A DNA stretch of 62,537 nt, filler included, from Choristocarpus tenellus KU-1152 (GCA_964200185.2; 13 parts of 13 records of this genome joined end to end with filler, not necessarily neighbours in it), one strand, 5' to 3'. Numbered from the whole stretch's first letter, positions 49,522-62,508 are shown. Made by a program: numbers and translations. Notes: generated by a model from the letters alone, not told the origin.

Positions 49522-52500
49522 GGTGTGACAGGTCAGGTGCGCGTTATTGTGCAGGGAGTTTGGTGTGTGGGTAGTGATGTGTGTAGCTATCCAGACTTTA
49601 GTGGATGCATGCACCTGTTGCAGAGACCCTGGGGTCACATGGGGGTGTGCAGCATGAGGGGACCAAAACAGACATACCATGTTAAAAAAAATTGAAGCTG
49701 TGGCTCACTCTCCGTTTATCTGTGCTGATGGAGAGAGGGGTGATGGTTGTGGGGATAGGATTAGAGGGGGAGGGAGTTGGTAGGGCTTCAAGCCTGCTTA
49801 ATGTGTTTTTGCCTCCAGCACTTTGTTCTGTTTTTGAGGTGTTTTATCAACCCCCCAACCTGTTTGTTATGAGACAGTTGGCACAGGATTGGGAGGTATT
49901 TCATGTCCCCCCTGTGGGAGCAGTGATGTGGTAAGCAGACGAGAACTTGTGTGATTAGTTTTTTATTTTTTCTCTCGTGATTTGCTGCATCGCCTGCTGG
50001 TGTATAGCACAGGGAGGTAGGAAAGGAACTAGTTAGCATGAATGTGATGTGATTTGCAACATGTTTGCAAGGAACAGCACTTCTGCTACTGTGGCCTTGC
50101 TTTGATTGAGAATGGGTATTGTTCTTCAAAGTTCACACACACACGCGCGCATTCGCAAATAAGAGTGTGGCGTGAGGCAGTATCCTGAGGATAATGCTAC
50201 TTCCGTAAATGATGTCGCTTTTCCTCTGCATGTTTAGAGTCACTTTGACATGTCTGTGGACCCTGCAGAGGAGTAGCTTTCCTGCTCAGTAGACTTGACC
50301 GTTTTCCGTGTAAAGGAGTGAGTGACAACGGCCTCTTTATATGCACTGTTTGATTGGCCTGGCTAGCCAATGTGAAAGGGCAGGGGGGGAGGGTTAGGGA
50401 TAGGGTTAGGGTTAGGCTGTTGGTGACCAGGTAGTGGGACTCTAGTCATGGGTGAAAAATCCATTTTGGAGTATGGGGATGACCCTTGATGCCTGTTTCA
50501 AGTTTGCATTGGACCAAGTTGTGAGTGAAGGGAATATAGCACTAGATGGATTCTAGCATGTCTTTTGGTGGGCTGCAGGTTAGTGGTCATTGGGTGGAGA
50601 TGCTGTTTGTAACGGTGTCTCACCATGGAGCTAGTCAGATACTGAGAGTCATATGTCCCCACATGGGAGTACCAGGCAGTTTGGGGCTAGCTGCCCTTGG
50701 AGGGTTTAAGATGGGGGGGTGTTTAGGACTGCTGTTTGTTGCTCTCTCGGAATGGTATATTGCTCTACTTTTTGTTTTTTGTCAGGACAATTAAAAGAGC
50801 TGACCAGGAAACCATCAGTGTGGGAGTTATTTGTACCCACCGCCCTTCCCCCACCAATTGTGGGTTGAAATATTGCAAAAAAAGGGTGGTCCATGTGTCT
50901 GACCTACGATGGTTTTTGAATTGGATTCATTAGGTGGGATAGGATGTGGAGGTGCTGTGGGTAGACTGAGTTGTGTGTTGTTGAGAAGCGACAGGCACGG
51001 TGTGGTCTGTAATGGGATCACCTGCCTCTTGAGAGTACTTGCCTAAGATTAGTGTAAGCAGTAGTTTGGAGAAAGAGGGGCTGGGTACCGCTGTCGCCAT
51101 GCTTACCTTGTTGTTTTGGCCTGGGCACCCTAACTGACTTGATTGTGTTTAGGGTATCATTGCATTTGTTTTGTCACGATGTCACTGTTCATTTATGTTC
51201 TGTTGCCTTTTGAGGTGTTGATTTTGTCATCTTTGATTTTTTTTTATTCTTTCATATTTGGACTCGGTGTCGAGGGATAAAAATACCGGCCATGAAGAGC
51301 TGTGCTGAAGTCATGATTGTTTATCTGGGGTCATGGGGGGGGGGGGTAACATGCGGTGTGTTGGCGTTGTGCTTTGAGAACATAAAAGAAATAAATAGTA
51401 CCTTGTTTCAAAATGTAGTGTTAATTAATTGTCTAGCAGAGGGAAAAGTTTAATCATGAATGGACACATGGGTGAACACATCATTATGTGCGACGTTGAT
51501 CAATGCACACAGTGTTTGCATGTATGTGTGTGTGTACTTCAAATTTTTTATATTTTTTTCCCCTGTTGCTTTTCTTTTCGTTTGACAATCCGGTTCCCCA
51601 TGAGATGGTTCCAGGTCCATTGCCACAAGTCGATTCTACTTGCCTTGAAAATATCTAACTCTTTTCTTCTTTTTTATTATTGCTCATGTACACTACAGTC
51701 ATCTCAACATTTGTTACAACAGGTTGATAGAGGTGACCTAATCTAACACCTCTAGAATACAACAAACAATTCTGCTTCTAGCTCTTCCAGGTAAAAGTGA
51801 ATTGTTGAGCTGCAGAGTCCCACATTGACATTTCTAGTGTGGACACCTCTGTGGGAATATTATAGCTAGCTAGTTGCTTGACTTACTCGGATACTGTGCT
51901 GCATTGGAAGCCTGGTCAAGGCAAGAGGGATTTTACTTCTATGCCATTCCGGCACATTTTTTCAACAACATGCACATGCCACCCTTCACTTTGCCCTCCA
52001 GACCACCTCTGTGTCGGATGGAGTGGTCCCTTTATTCCATACACAGCCTTGGACTCAACAGGTGGCTTGGAGAGGACGACCCGGCTGTGTTTTTTTTTAT
52101 TACTAGTATCGTGCATGCTATTGTTACCACTCTGATCAAAAAGGATCGACCAACACCTCACAGGTTCCATCTAGAAATGCACCTGCTTGCACAACAACTA
52201 GTAACCTTGAGCCCTGTGTTGTCTCTTGCGGTCTCTTAACTATTTATATGTAAGCTATAGTATCTATTTACCATCAACATGAGAGCTTCTGTGCTCCAGT
52301 GGTAGCCTTTTTTCTCAGCTTCAGGCGGCATAGGCTGCACCCCAACAATGCACAGCTGTCCCCCCCTCAGCCCACCCACTCCCCTTGCCTTCTTACTCAT
52401 ACTGTTGTTGTTGCCCTGGAGCTCTTAGCAATGATATTGAGTTATATGCGTGTGTGCACTGAGCTCCCCCCCTTGCTGGGATAGGACAAACCCAAGTATC

Positions 52501-53409
52501 CTTTTTCTTTTCCTGATGGGGGGTCATACACCCATCCCGTAACTACCTTCAGTTTTTGTTGTTGCTGTCCCTGTCGGTACTTACTCTTACTTGGTTAGGG
52601 TTAGAGTTAGAGTTGATGTATGTTGGTGTTTTGCTGTTCATTGATTTCAAGAATCAGGAAGAAATACTGTTGAGCACAGTTGTAGTAGCAGCAGCAGTGC
52701 CATTGTGTGCTTGAATAGAGCGCAGCTGTGGTGCTTGAGAGATTACCAAAGAAGTGTGTATTCCTATACAATGCGTGAATGAATGTAGAAGTAACCCTAA
52801 CCCTATGCGACTGGAATGGCACCTACTAGAACATTAGCAACATACAACTCCGTACTCCAAAAGCACTACTACTCCATCCGATACTTGATAGTACTGAGTA
52901 CATGCACTGTACTTTGAAAGTATGAGGTGGGTAATATACATTCTTTTGAGGATGAGCTCCAAGAAACTCAAAAACGAAGTCCCCAAGATACTATGTATCC
53001 CTATAGAATTACGCAGAGTCAAAGTAATTGAGAGGTAGGTAGGGTTACATTTTGAGGATCCTGATAAAGGGTAGAAAGAGAGTGTGCCTATTTTGGGTGT
53101 CACTTTGTGCGTGTGAAAGGTGGTGTATCAGTTTTTCGTACACTATTGTGCAGGGTAAGAAAGATTTGCTTAGAATGCAAAAGGGTTCAAACCTGGTGGC
53201 CTCTCAATCCCTCAAAGAAGGCGTAAAACCTTCCACTGTTTTCATTTTTGAAATATGCTTCTTCGGAGCTCATCCTCGGAGAAGGTATACCCTATATTGT
53301 TTACCACATCTAAAAGTGTTTCCTCGGGAACTACTTGTGAAAGGTTTGCAAATAAAGGCTTCATTTGTCAGCCAACACAAGTGTTTCTCATGGAATGACT
53401 TCAGGCACT

Positions 53410-53641
53410 GGCTCAAAGTATCTGAGGGGGGAGGGGGAGGGGGTGGCGGCTGTCCATTTGGGNNNNNNNNNNNNNNNNNNNNNNNNNNNNNNNNNNNNNN
53501 NNNNNNTTAATTAATTAANNNNNNNNNNNNNNNNNNNNNNNNNNNNNNNNNNNNNNNNNNNNTACATGCACTTTTCCTGATTTTGCCCCAAACGGACACC
53601 CTGGTGTAGACCCACCCCCCCCCTCCCAGATACTTTGGGTC
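53410..53641. mobile_element. MITE family A ends on either side of a spacer (reverse orientation)
   Basis: GGCTCAAAGTATCTGAGGG...GTCCATTTGGG [gap] ...CCCCAAACGGACACCCTGGTGT...CCCAGATACTTTGGGTC. Confidence 0.75.
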
Positions 53642-54299
53642 ATACTTTGACTCAAGTTCAAAACTAGATTTCTGTGAAATAACTTTGGCGTCAATGGGGT
53701 CAGACTTTGCGAGGTGGATGTTGGCAACACTGTCCTTTTGACCACTGACCAAAGAGTGAACATTATTTTCTATAAACATAGAATAAAACAATGGTACATA
53801 ATCGGTAGTACCTTCTAAGTCGATCTTGTGCCAACCCAAAAGTGGTCCCCTTTTGCACCGACCCGCCTTATTGATGCTAAGCAAGTTTCACCATTCAGGG
53901 CTTGACAAACTTTATATCGCACAGTTAATATATATAATTATATTTGTGCAGAGAACAAAACCACATATTACAAACACATCAGCCAACAAACTGTGTGATA
54001 TCTGTCTGCGTCGGAGATCTCTAAGCATAGCACAAAATAACGATCTCTACTTCTGCTTTGTGTGTGCAGCAATGTGCAGGCTCAATCTCTTCCACTATCT
54101 TTCGGTCCCCCTCCGCTTATAATAATGCGGCAGGCACCACTTCAACAGAGGTGGAGGAAGACATCCCTTCTACATTGCAATTACCATCATCACAGTTGCC
54201 ATCATCACCATCACCATCCTGTGTCTCACTCTTGTCTCCTGCCAATTCACCCTCTTCCTCGCCAGCCTTACTCCCAGTGCTTGTAACATGAACTACCCC

Positions 54300-54590
54300 C
54301 ACTAGCTCATCCCTGAGATATTAATAACAATTAGTGAAGTTCACCTCTTGATGCCATGATTTCCTAGCCACCTTCGCGTTGCCCTTTCCACTGGTGATAA
54401 GTTGCTTATGAATCTCCTCTGTACTGGATCGAATTGTTGAGATGATCCTCGCACCAACACGGTATCACCTGGCTATATCGCCTTGGTTCATCTTGTACGT
54501 ACCCTACCAAGTCCAACATCTCACGTTCCTCAGCCAAAGATAACATAATCGCCTCCTTTGGTCGGTGCTACCTGACTTATCCTTACGCTT
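54300..54590 (-). pseudogene. pogo/CENP-B-like HTH relic
   Basis: KMNQGDIAR*YRVGARIISTIRSSTEEI...KVARKSWHQEV. Confidence 0.4.
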
Positions 54591-54675
54591 CTCTTTCCAC
54601 TTTGCAGCGCTGAACAAGGCAATGCACCCAATGGTGGTGTTATCGAAACTTTCCCTCAAAGTCAACCCGATGCTG

Positions 54676-54770
54676 GGGTCAAAGTATCTGGGAGGTGTGG
54701 CGACTGTCTATTTGGGACCCATTTTTCCATGTCGCGATTTTTTGGCGATTTGGTTGCATGCGTTGGATGG
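54676..54770. mobile_element. MITE family A, truncated
   Basis: GGGTCAAAGTATCTGGGAGG...TTTGGGACCCATTTTTCCATGTCGCGATTTTT. Confidence 0.7.
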
Positions 54771-55850
54771 ATACTGTATTATACAGACCTGTGTATTCTA
54801 CGTTCGTATCCTTGTGCTGAAGAAGTATGGAAAAATACGCTATCATTGATTTGTGTCATAGTAATTGTTTTAACTTTATGAAGTGACTTAATGGTCTCAT
54901 TAATTAAGTTTGGTGAAGCATAGTACAGAAACGACCTTTTCGTAGACGTCCACTGTATGTCGAATTTTGATACACAGTGGCGTGTTTTTGAGGAACACGA
55001 TATTTGTGTGATTGACGGAGGATATATAAAGACCGGTTTGTGACGTGCGGCGCAAAACAGCCCAAAACACGTTAACCTGTGATAACCTTGGCACTTTACG
55101 TAATGAAGTGAGTAGATCCAAAGATATCAGATATACCCCAATATAATTATGCAGTGAGGACAAAACCCTATGTGATACACTGCACAGTGTAATGGGCTAT
55201 ATACCTCCCTTTGCAGCAGAGGAAAAATAGTTGTCGAGGTTAACAAATGTCCACCTTTGGTGTATTATGTTTAATTTTGTGTGTATCTGCACACTGAGAT
55301 TGCGCTTAGGCCATGTCTGAATACAAATGTGAACCCAAGTATTGAACCCAAGCCGTTGATTTCCAATTATTGACGACTAGACCAAGCCACTAGTTGACAA
55401 GAGGGACACCGTTTTTGGCAATTACGAGCCAATCAACATATATACGAACAAAGTCCAAGAAAAGAACTACAGTGTCAGCATGGCGTATATAATAAGCAGA
55501 ATATTAGTGTGTGACTGTACCAAATTCAGAAACACTCATCGAAGCAAAATAAGAGGTGTTGAACGTAAGGTTCAGACCCCCAATTGAACATGTTACAAAC
55601 AGTTTACCAACGTCCCCGGGACCTAGGGTATAGTGTATGAGTTATACTAACGGTTCTGAGCGGTCCGTACACACCTGATAAGCATATGAACACGGTAAAC
55701 CCATCATATCTGAACTGCACAAACTTGGTCGTCGGAGGCTGTGTGGCTAAGGAAGAGAAAAATCTAACAAAAAAATACGACCCGTACTTCAAGTCCTAAC
55801 AGAAACCAAAAAAGTCCTACTTCATCTCATGAGCATGGGTGAAGACTAAG

Positions 55851-56162
55851 ACCGGCCTTGATAAATTTCGAGGTGATGCAAGGCGTCCTTATCGGTGATC
55901 AGCACATCAAATTAAAGCTGAGATCAAATGCCGTTGATTGGGGAAAAGAAATCCGGTCGCAAAGAACTTTATGTTGAGTTAGTAAATGCCGAAAGGTTCG
56001 GTTGAATTTCCAAAAAAATGAAAATCGCTGAAAAACGTATCAAGATTTTTTTGCGACCAGATTTCTTTGTACCAATCGACTGCTTATGATCTCAGCTTTA
56101 ATTTGTTGTGCTGATCACCAATCAGGACGCCTTGCATCAGCTCGAAAAGTATCAAGACCTGT
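55851..56162. repeat. Long imperfect inverted repeat (~120-bp arms, ~70-bp loop)
   Basis: 55851-55970 pairs with 56043-56162 without indels, roughly 85% matched by eye. Confidence 0.85.
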
Positions 56163-56744
56163 GATTCTATCATAAAGGTGGCTGTTAATGATATAATGTC
56201 CAAGGCTTTCGGAGCTTGACCTTCGCACACAGCTCACTACAACGTAGATTGTACATGCAGAACTCGGCACAATGGCTGCAGAATCCCCTCTGTTGAAGGG
56301 CACGCTGGATATCGTGATTCGGTCTCTATCTCTGGACTTCAAGTTTCACAGAAGTCGAAGGAAGAGGTTGGGCAGAGCGTATGCACTGGTGATTGCTGTG
56401 TGTTGAGAGGGGGACTTGGGCTTGATCAAGTGGACCAGCCAATCACTGCGGAACAAGAAATCAAAGAGGGGTCGCGACTACGACGGAGAGCGTGTATTCT
56501 TGGCCAAGCTCGATGATGAGGGCTAGCTGGATGGCTACTGTCTGATGAACTTTTAGGCACAACAGTGGAGCTACAATAATAACGAAGAGCTTAGGGTTGC
56601 ACACAGACAGATGATACATGGAGGATCACGACTCTTCTTCTTCTGTGAAAAAACTCGTCCTAGGAGAGGAGAAACAGCCCTCCAAGCCATATACTGGACG
56701 ACGGACGGACGGGTGTCTAAGTAACTTGATTTAAGTGAGGAAAA

Positions 56745-57005
56745 GAGTGAAAGTATCTTAGAGGGTACGAGTTTTGCCCTGTTTGTCCGTTTGGGGCTTG
56801 GCTTGCCATGTTTAAAATATATATATTTTCCTACTCCAAAATGGATCAGAGTAGGTGAAATTTGTACGTTATGAAAGAGTGTGTTCGGAACAAGGGTATT
56901 GACACTTTCTAACAAACACGATAGCCAAAATTACATCAAAATCGCAACATTGGATTTTGGTCCCCAAATGGACGCGGCTCTACCCTCAAAAAGGTACTTT
57001 GGCCC
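56745..57005. mobile_element. MITE family B, TSD AAAA
   Basis: AAAA|GAGTGAAAGTATCTTAGAGGGTA ... GGTACTTTGGCCC|AAAA. Confidence 0.9.
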
Positions 57006-57663
57006 AAAATCACATGATTTTAGTGAGGAAAACCGCCCTCTCGCCCATCGCACCACAACCAACTCCAACCTATCAAACAATGTTAGGAGTGATTCAAGGG
57101 TCACATCAAGCTTTATTTCAACGAAAAATTCCACTCTGATCAAACGTTAGAACAGGACAAATCCTGTTCTAGAGGCGACTGCCAACGACATAATAGGAAC
57201 TTGTGTCCCCGTTTATTTTTTCGTGGAGATTGAATATGCACTTGAGGAAATGATAACGGGACAACTATTAACCGATGAATTATGAACGGTTGTGTATCTA
57301 TGGGGGTGATAAAGATCTGCGTAAGGTGTGAATACACAACAAGAGTGTTGGACGTATAGCATGCGGATAATTTCAGATTGATGTGTATGTTTATTTGGTT
57401 GAATTTATTGTATCAATGTTGTTGAGATGAGAGATTTTTTCCGAATAAGATCGATGCCAATTGGTCGAATGGTTGTGCAGTAAAATATGGTCTAGGAGCA
57501 GCACTCAGTAGAAGGGTGTAACACTACACATGTTTGTAGGGGTGACGAAATCGCGGTTGAGAGAGGGCGGGAAAGAGAAGAGTAGTGCACGTTGTAGTCG
57601 GGCTGAAAAGGAACACTAAAGAAGCGTTCATGAACTAAAATCCAATCGTCAGAGGAGATCTAT

Positions 57664-57922
57664 GAGTGAAAGTATCTTAGAGGGTATGAGTTTTGCCCCG
57701 TTTGTCCATTTGGGGCTTGGCTTCCCATGGGTTCTTTTATGACATTTTCCTACTCCAAAATGTTTCAGAGTAGGGAAAGTGCGTACACTATGAACATGCG
57801 TGTCCGAAACATGGATATTGATACTTCCTAACAGACACAATAGCCAAAATTACATCAAAATCGCAACATTGGATTTTAGCTCTCAAATGGACGCGGCTCT
57901 ACCCTCTAAGATACTTTGGCTC
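57664..57922. mobile_element. MITE family B, TSD CTAT
   Basis: CTAT|GAGTGAAAGTATCTTAGAGGGTA ... TACCCTCTAAGATACTTTGGCTC|CTAT. Confidence 0.92.
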
Positions 57923-59050
57923 CTATGTCCGTGTGAGTGTGTTGACATATTCAATTCGGGTGTGTCTAGATGTTGGCGAGGCTGTAGTAGCCAACAAATT
58001 TTGAAGAGTTGCAGAAATAAACATGGTGTGAACGAGTGGCGAATAAGGACATGGATGGTAGAGTTTGGGGGAGTGTGTGTATGCGAACAGGTGTTACAGT
58101 TAAGCATTTATGGAATGGTGCATCAGTGTGTATCTTGTTTAGACAGGATTGGTTGCGTCAATGTTGTTGAGTAATAAAATGTGTGTGTAATCTTGGTGCC
58201 AATGGTGGAAGGAGAGCCGTATACTGTAAGGTCCGCGAATAGAACTGGGAGGAATGGTGTTAAGCACACATCTTGTGGTCTACATGATGTGGGTGTATTT
58301 TTACAGGCGCCCCTCAGAACTCACCTCCACAGGATGTACAACTCAAAACCAACGACCTTAAACGACGCTACGGGGGCGTTGCCTTTTACAACAGTTTGTA
58401 GGGTGTCAGATAGCCTTCTCTTGATACTCCACTCAGTGCTTAGTTCAGAGCTTGACTCAATGTTTCGTTCAAAAGATAGACTGGCATAACAGGGGCAAAA
58501 GTGTTTCCACTAGAAGCCCTCTTATTATTTTCATCATCCACCCAATTTCGTTGGTCTTCTATCAGCTGCTCTATAGGTACTCCAATCATAAACATTTACT
58601 CTTCAACTTCTTAGTAACTTTGACATTTTCTTCTGCAATGTTACGTAGGTATTCCGAATCTTACTCTGCATGTTCTACGAAATCATTTATTCTGTAAGGC
58701 TACCTATGTGTTACTAATATCGTATATAGTTTGTACTTATCAGAACTCGAGAAACAATCCTCACACTATACGCCTGTCACAAATGTTGGTATTTCCTAAA
58801 ACATGAGGAGAAAATGCTCGCGCTATTCGCGTGTAACAAATGCTCGCACTTCGTTGAAATACAACAAGAAACGCTCGCGCTATTCGCCTGTAACATGCAC
58901 CCCAGCGTGAGCTAGCGATACATGTTTCACGCTTACCACAGGTGATTTTCACCGATGAAGACAACAGATATCATCAATCACCTCAGATCATCCTGTTGAA
59001 AAAAACGGAGGGAGAGAAAAAGAATATCACACTCTTACTAGGTCCACAAC

Positions 59051-62000
59051 ATCTATCCTTCACTTACTTGGGAAAATCTGTCTATATCTAGCCTAATCTG
59101 AGAATATATTCATTCTCTCTAAAAACAGCTTCCTTAGAGTGCCAAGTATCATCTGACTATTGCCTGTCTCATGCCCCCCAGCACGAAGCATATTGACAGC
59201 TGCTAGTGCGTAACACAGAGGCAATAACATCAACGTCGGCCTCCATCAAAAACGAAAAGAAAAGAAAAAAATAATAATTTAATAGAAGAAAGGAGGGAGG
59301 GAAAGAGGAGGGAGAACTTAAGCAATGTACAGCAAAGTAAGTGCAGTTATACGGGGATACCAGGGCTGACAGAAAGAAAAGAAAGAAAAGGAAAGCAAGG
59401 AGACTATATATATATATAACAAAACAAAAAAAACGAAAAGGGATAAATAAATATTAACAATACAAACAATAAAAAAGCAAGAATGGAAAAAAACAAAGGC
59501 ACCACCCTGTATAAACTACTGCCTTGGCTAAATGGGTTACTTTCTGTTTCTGACTTCTCCTGCCTTACGTTCTGTGGGGACTAGGACTGTCAATGTTTGA
59601 TTCCTTTGTTCTTACATGAATCGGTTAGTCCTCACGTACCTTGCCTTCTGGGGTGCATAGTGGTTACCTGGCGGATCATTTTTGCGAGAAGCGACTCATT
59701 TCGCTTTTGTTCATTTCCTCCCAATCCCCATCATTAAACCGTACCCTCCAGTATGGTGACTTGAAGTCAAAACCTTTACCTGTGTACCACTTATCCCTTT
59801 CCTTCTCGTCTTTCCATGACTTCTTGACAGTGGTACCTGCGGGGAAAAGGCATAATGCATCCTCTCTAGACAAGGGTTTTCCTTGGCAAGAGGTGTCAGT
59901 AGGACGTGGGCTCGTGTCTGGATTATACAGGTCCCAGAGGGCATGGAAGACATCTAACTGTAGTGGGGTGAAGCTATCCATAGCCTCTTTCTCGGTTACC
60001 CAGTCTGATATCTCTCCGTTCTGATACTTTCCCCAGTACTCCCAGTGCCATACATTGGACGGCGACAATACTTCTTTTCTGTCCGTAAGGGTGTACATAG
60101 GGGTTGCTACCACGGATTACTTTGCTAGACCCAGGTCCGACTCCCAAACTAGTTGAGCATATTCCTCTTGGAAGCTATGTCTCAGCTGGATGGAAGGGTT
60201 TCACGCAAGAAGCATGAACATTACGGGTGCGCGTTTGCCTACCTAGCAGTTCTACCGTCATGCTACTACTCTTATGTGAAATTTCCTTCACTGTCCACGG
60301 TCCTGTCCACCTTTCATGGACTAGCTTCCTGCCTACTCTTGTCTCGCCTAATATTTCACCATGAATAGAGCTGTCCGCTTCTTTTACTAGAACTAGGTCA
60401 CCTGATTTGGATTCGAGTCCTGGGGAAGACCTAGCAATCAAGGCATTGGCTCTCTCTCTCTCCGTCTCTGCCTAGTGGACATCCTTCTCTCCAGGACTTC
60501 TCGTATCTCCCTGAAGTTCTGTCTTCGTTGCTCGATAAAGGAATCCAATCCTCCAACATCTACGTCCCCATCCCACTTGGGTATGACGGCGTCTAGCTGT
60601 GTGCGGGGGTCACGGCCAGACAAGACTCGGAAGGGTGTGGGGTTGAGAGGGTCAAATGGGTCTGGAGTAGTGCGTTGTGCCCAACATGCCGAAGATACAT
60701 ACTCATCCCATCTATGTGACCACTTCACATATAGTTCCGACAGGACTTCTAAAAGAAGACCTCCCATCGTTTCTACTCCCCCTTGTCCTCTTGAGTTACC
60801 AGTTGGTCCATAATTGATAGGGACCTTCAACCAACGGCAAAGGTGATTCATTATGTCTCCTGTGAACTCCCCTCCTGCATCACTACGAATTGATAGAGGG
60901 ATCCCAAATGTAGGACATAATTCTAACACGATTATTGCTACTCCAGTTGCTTCCTTCGACGCCATTGGGAATGCAAAAGGGAATCTCGAAGCTCTATCAA
61001 TCACAATTAATAGATACTTGTTGCCTTTTTCTGAGATGTGTCCTAATCTTGTAGATCCATCTCGAGTACATCCCATGGTTCCAGGAACTTGGCTGGCAGC
61101 ATTGCCACTTGTGCGCTCCTAGTCCTCTTTCGTCTGCGACAGCCACAGGATAAAACATACTCCTGCGTGTCTTTGTGGAGTGAGGGCCAAAAGAAGTATC
61201 GACGGGTTAGGGCTACTGTGCGTCCAACTCCCTGATGGCTTGTCTGCAGGTGAACTAGTCCTATGATGTCTGACACTAGTGAACGAGGAACTGCTAGCCT
61301 AGGTGCATACTCTCTAGGGGTGTACCAGAGTAACTCCTTATCATCTAGGGAATATGACTCCACGTCTATGCTCCCTTTTCCCCATTCGAGAGACGACTTC
61401 CAGTGTTCTTGGCCCTCGAGTACACCTCGTATGCTGCCCAAGAAGGGGTCTTTCTTCTGCCTCTCCACTAGCTCTGGCACGTCTGATAGAGTAGCCATCG
61501 CTCTCTTGAGAGTGGGATGGTGTTGAAACACCTCACTCATTCGAACTATTCTGTCACTGCCCTTCTTGTTCTTTGGCCTTGGTGTACTCGTGCGCCTTTT
61601 CTTGCAAGGTGGCTTCTCTTCTCCTTCTTTTCCTTTTATTTCTACTCTGTCTTCGACGGTAGGGTCTAAAGGTTGCCAACCAAAAGTGTTAGTGGCGTTA
61701 AGCGGGGGAAGGAGTTGCTGTGGGGTGTGTGTCGGGCCTACACTAGGTATTATATCTGTGGGACCATCCAACCAGAGGGCGGGGGTATGCACACTGGCAG
61801 ACTTTGATCCTGGGAACTACTTCGTAGTAACCAGTCTCTAACGCCTAAGTCTCGATTATCAGGTCCCGTGTGGCAGTCTTGCAGGGCTGACAGTATTCCT
61901 GAGAGTGTGGCATCAACTGTTCCCATAAGTAACATTTGTGCTACACCTAGACTCGGTTCATCATGTGAGGGAGAGGTACATATTCTAGTTCTGAATCTAC

Positions 62001-62508
62001 CAACGCACAGAGAGAGCAAGGGGACAGTATGGGGTGACCTGGGCTTAGGTCTGATGTACCTAAATCCTGCAAAAATACACCATCTAAGACAGGTCCTCGT
62101 GGTCCAGCGTAGTTCTTGATGCAAGCGACTGCAAGATCTTCAGGAAAAGAATCGTCGTTATCCAAACCTTGATCTTCGGGTGAGGAACGTCGTGACAGTC
62201 CATCTGGTAGTTGGTGCTTCGAGCCTGCTCGCCACTTCAGTTCCATGCCATGGTCCATCAGACGGAGGGCCCACCTGCGGAACTTGGGGCTAAGTTCACG
62301 ACTCTTGAAGAGCCAAGTCAGTGGGGAGCAGTCAGTGACCAGGGTGAATCTCCTACCCCAATGTAGGAGCGGAAGTGTTCTACAGCCCACAAGATAACCA
62401 TGCATTCCTTTTCAGTGGGTGCTCTCCTACTGTCTGTTTTAGACCATCTATGGCTAGCATACGCTATGACATGTTCTTGGTCATCATCCTGTACCTGGGT
62501 CATTGTTG
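59051..62508 (-). mobile_element. Ty3/gypsy LTR retrotransposon pol 3' half (RNase H, integrase H2C2/core/SH3, chromo-like + Tudor-like tail), frameshifted; PPT and probable 3' LTR start at 59051
   Basis: VIAYASHRWS...TEKECMVILWAVEHFR; FTLVTDCSPLTWL...RWALRL; HQGVGRT...FFWP...CGC; YLLIVIDRASRF...IRSDAGGEF...GGVET; GDLVLV...WTGPWTV; PPT AAGTGAAGGATAGA followed by TGTTGTGG. Confidence 0.92.
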
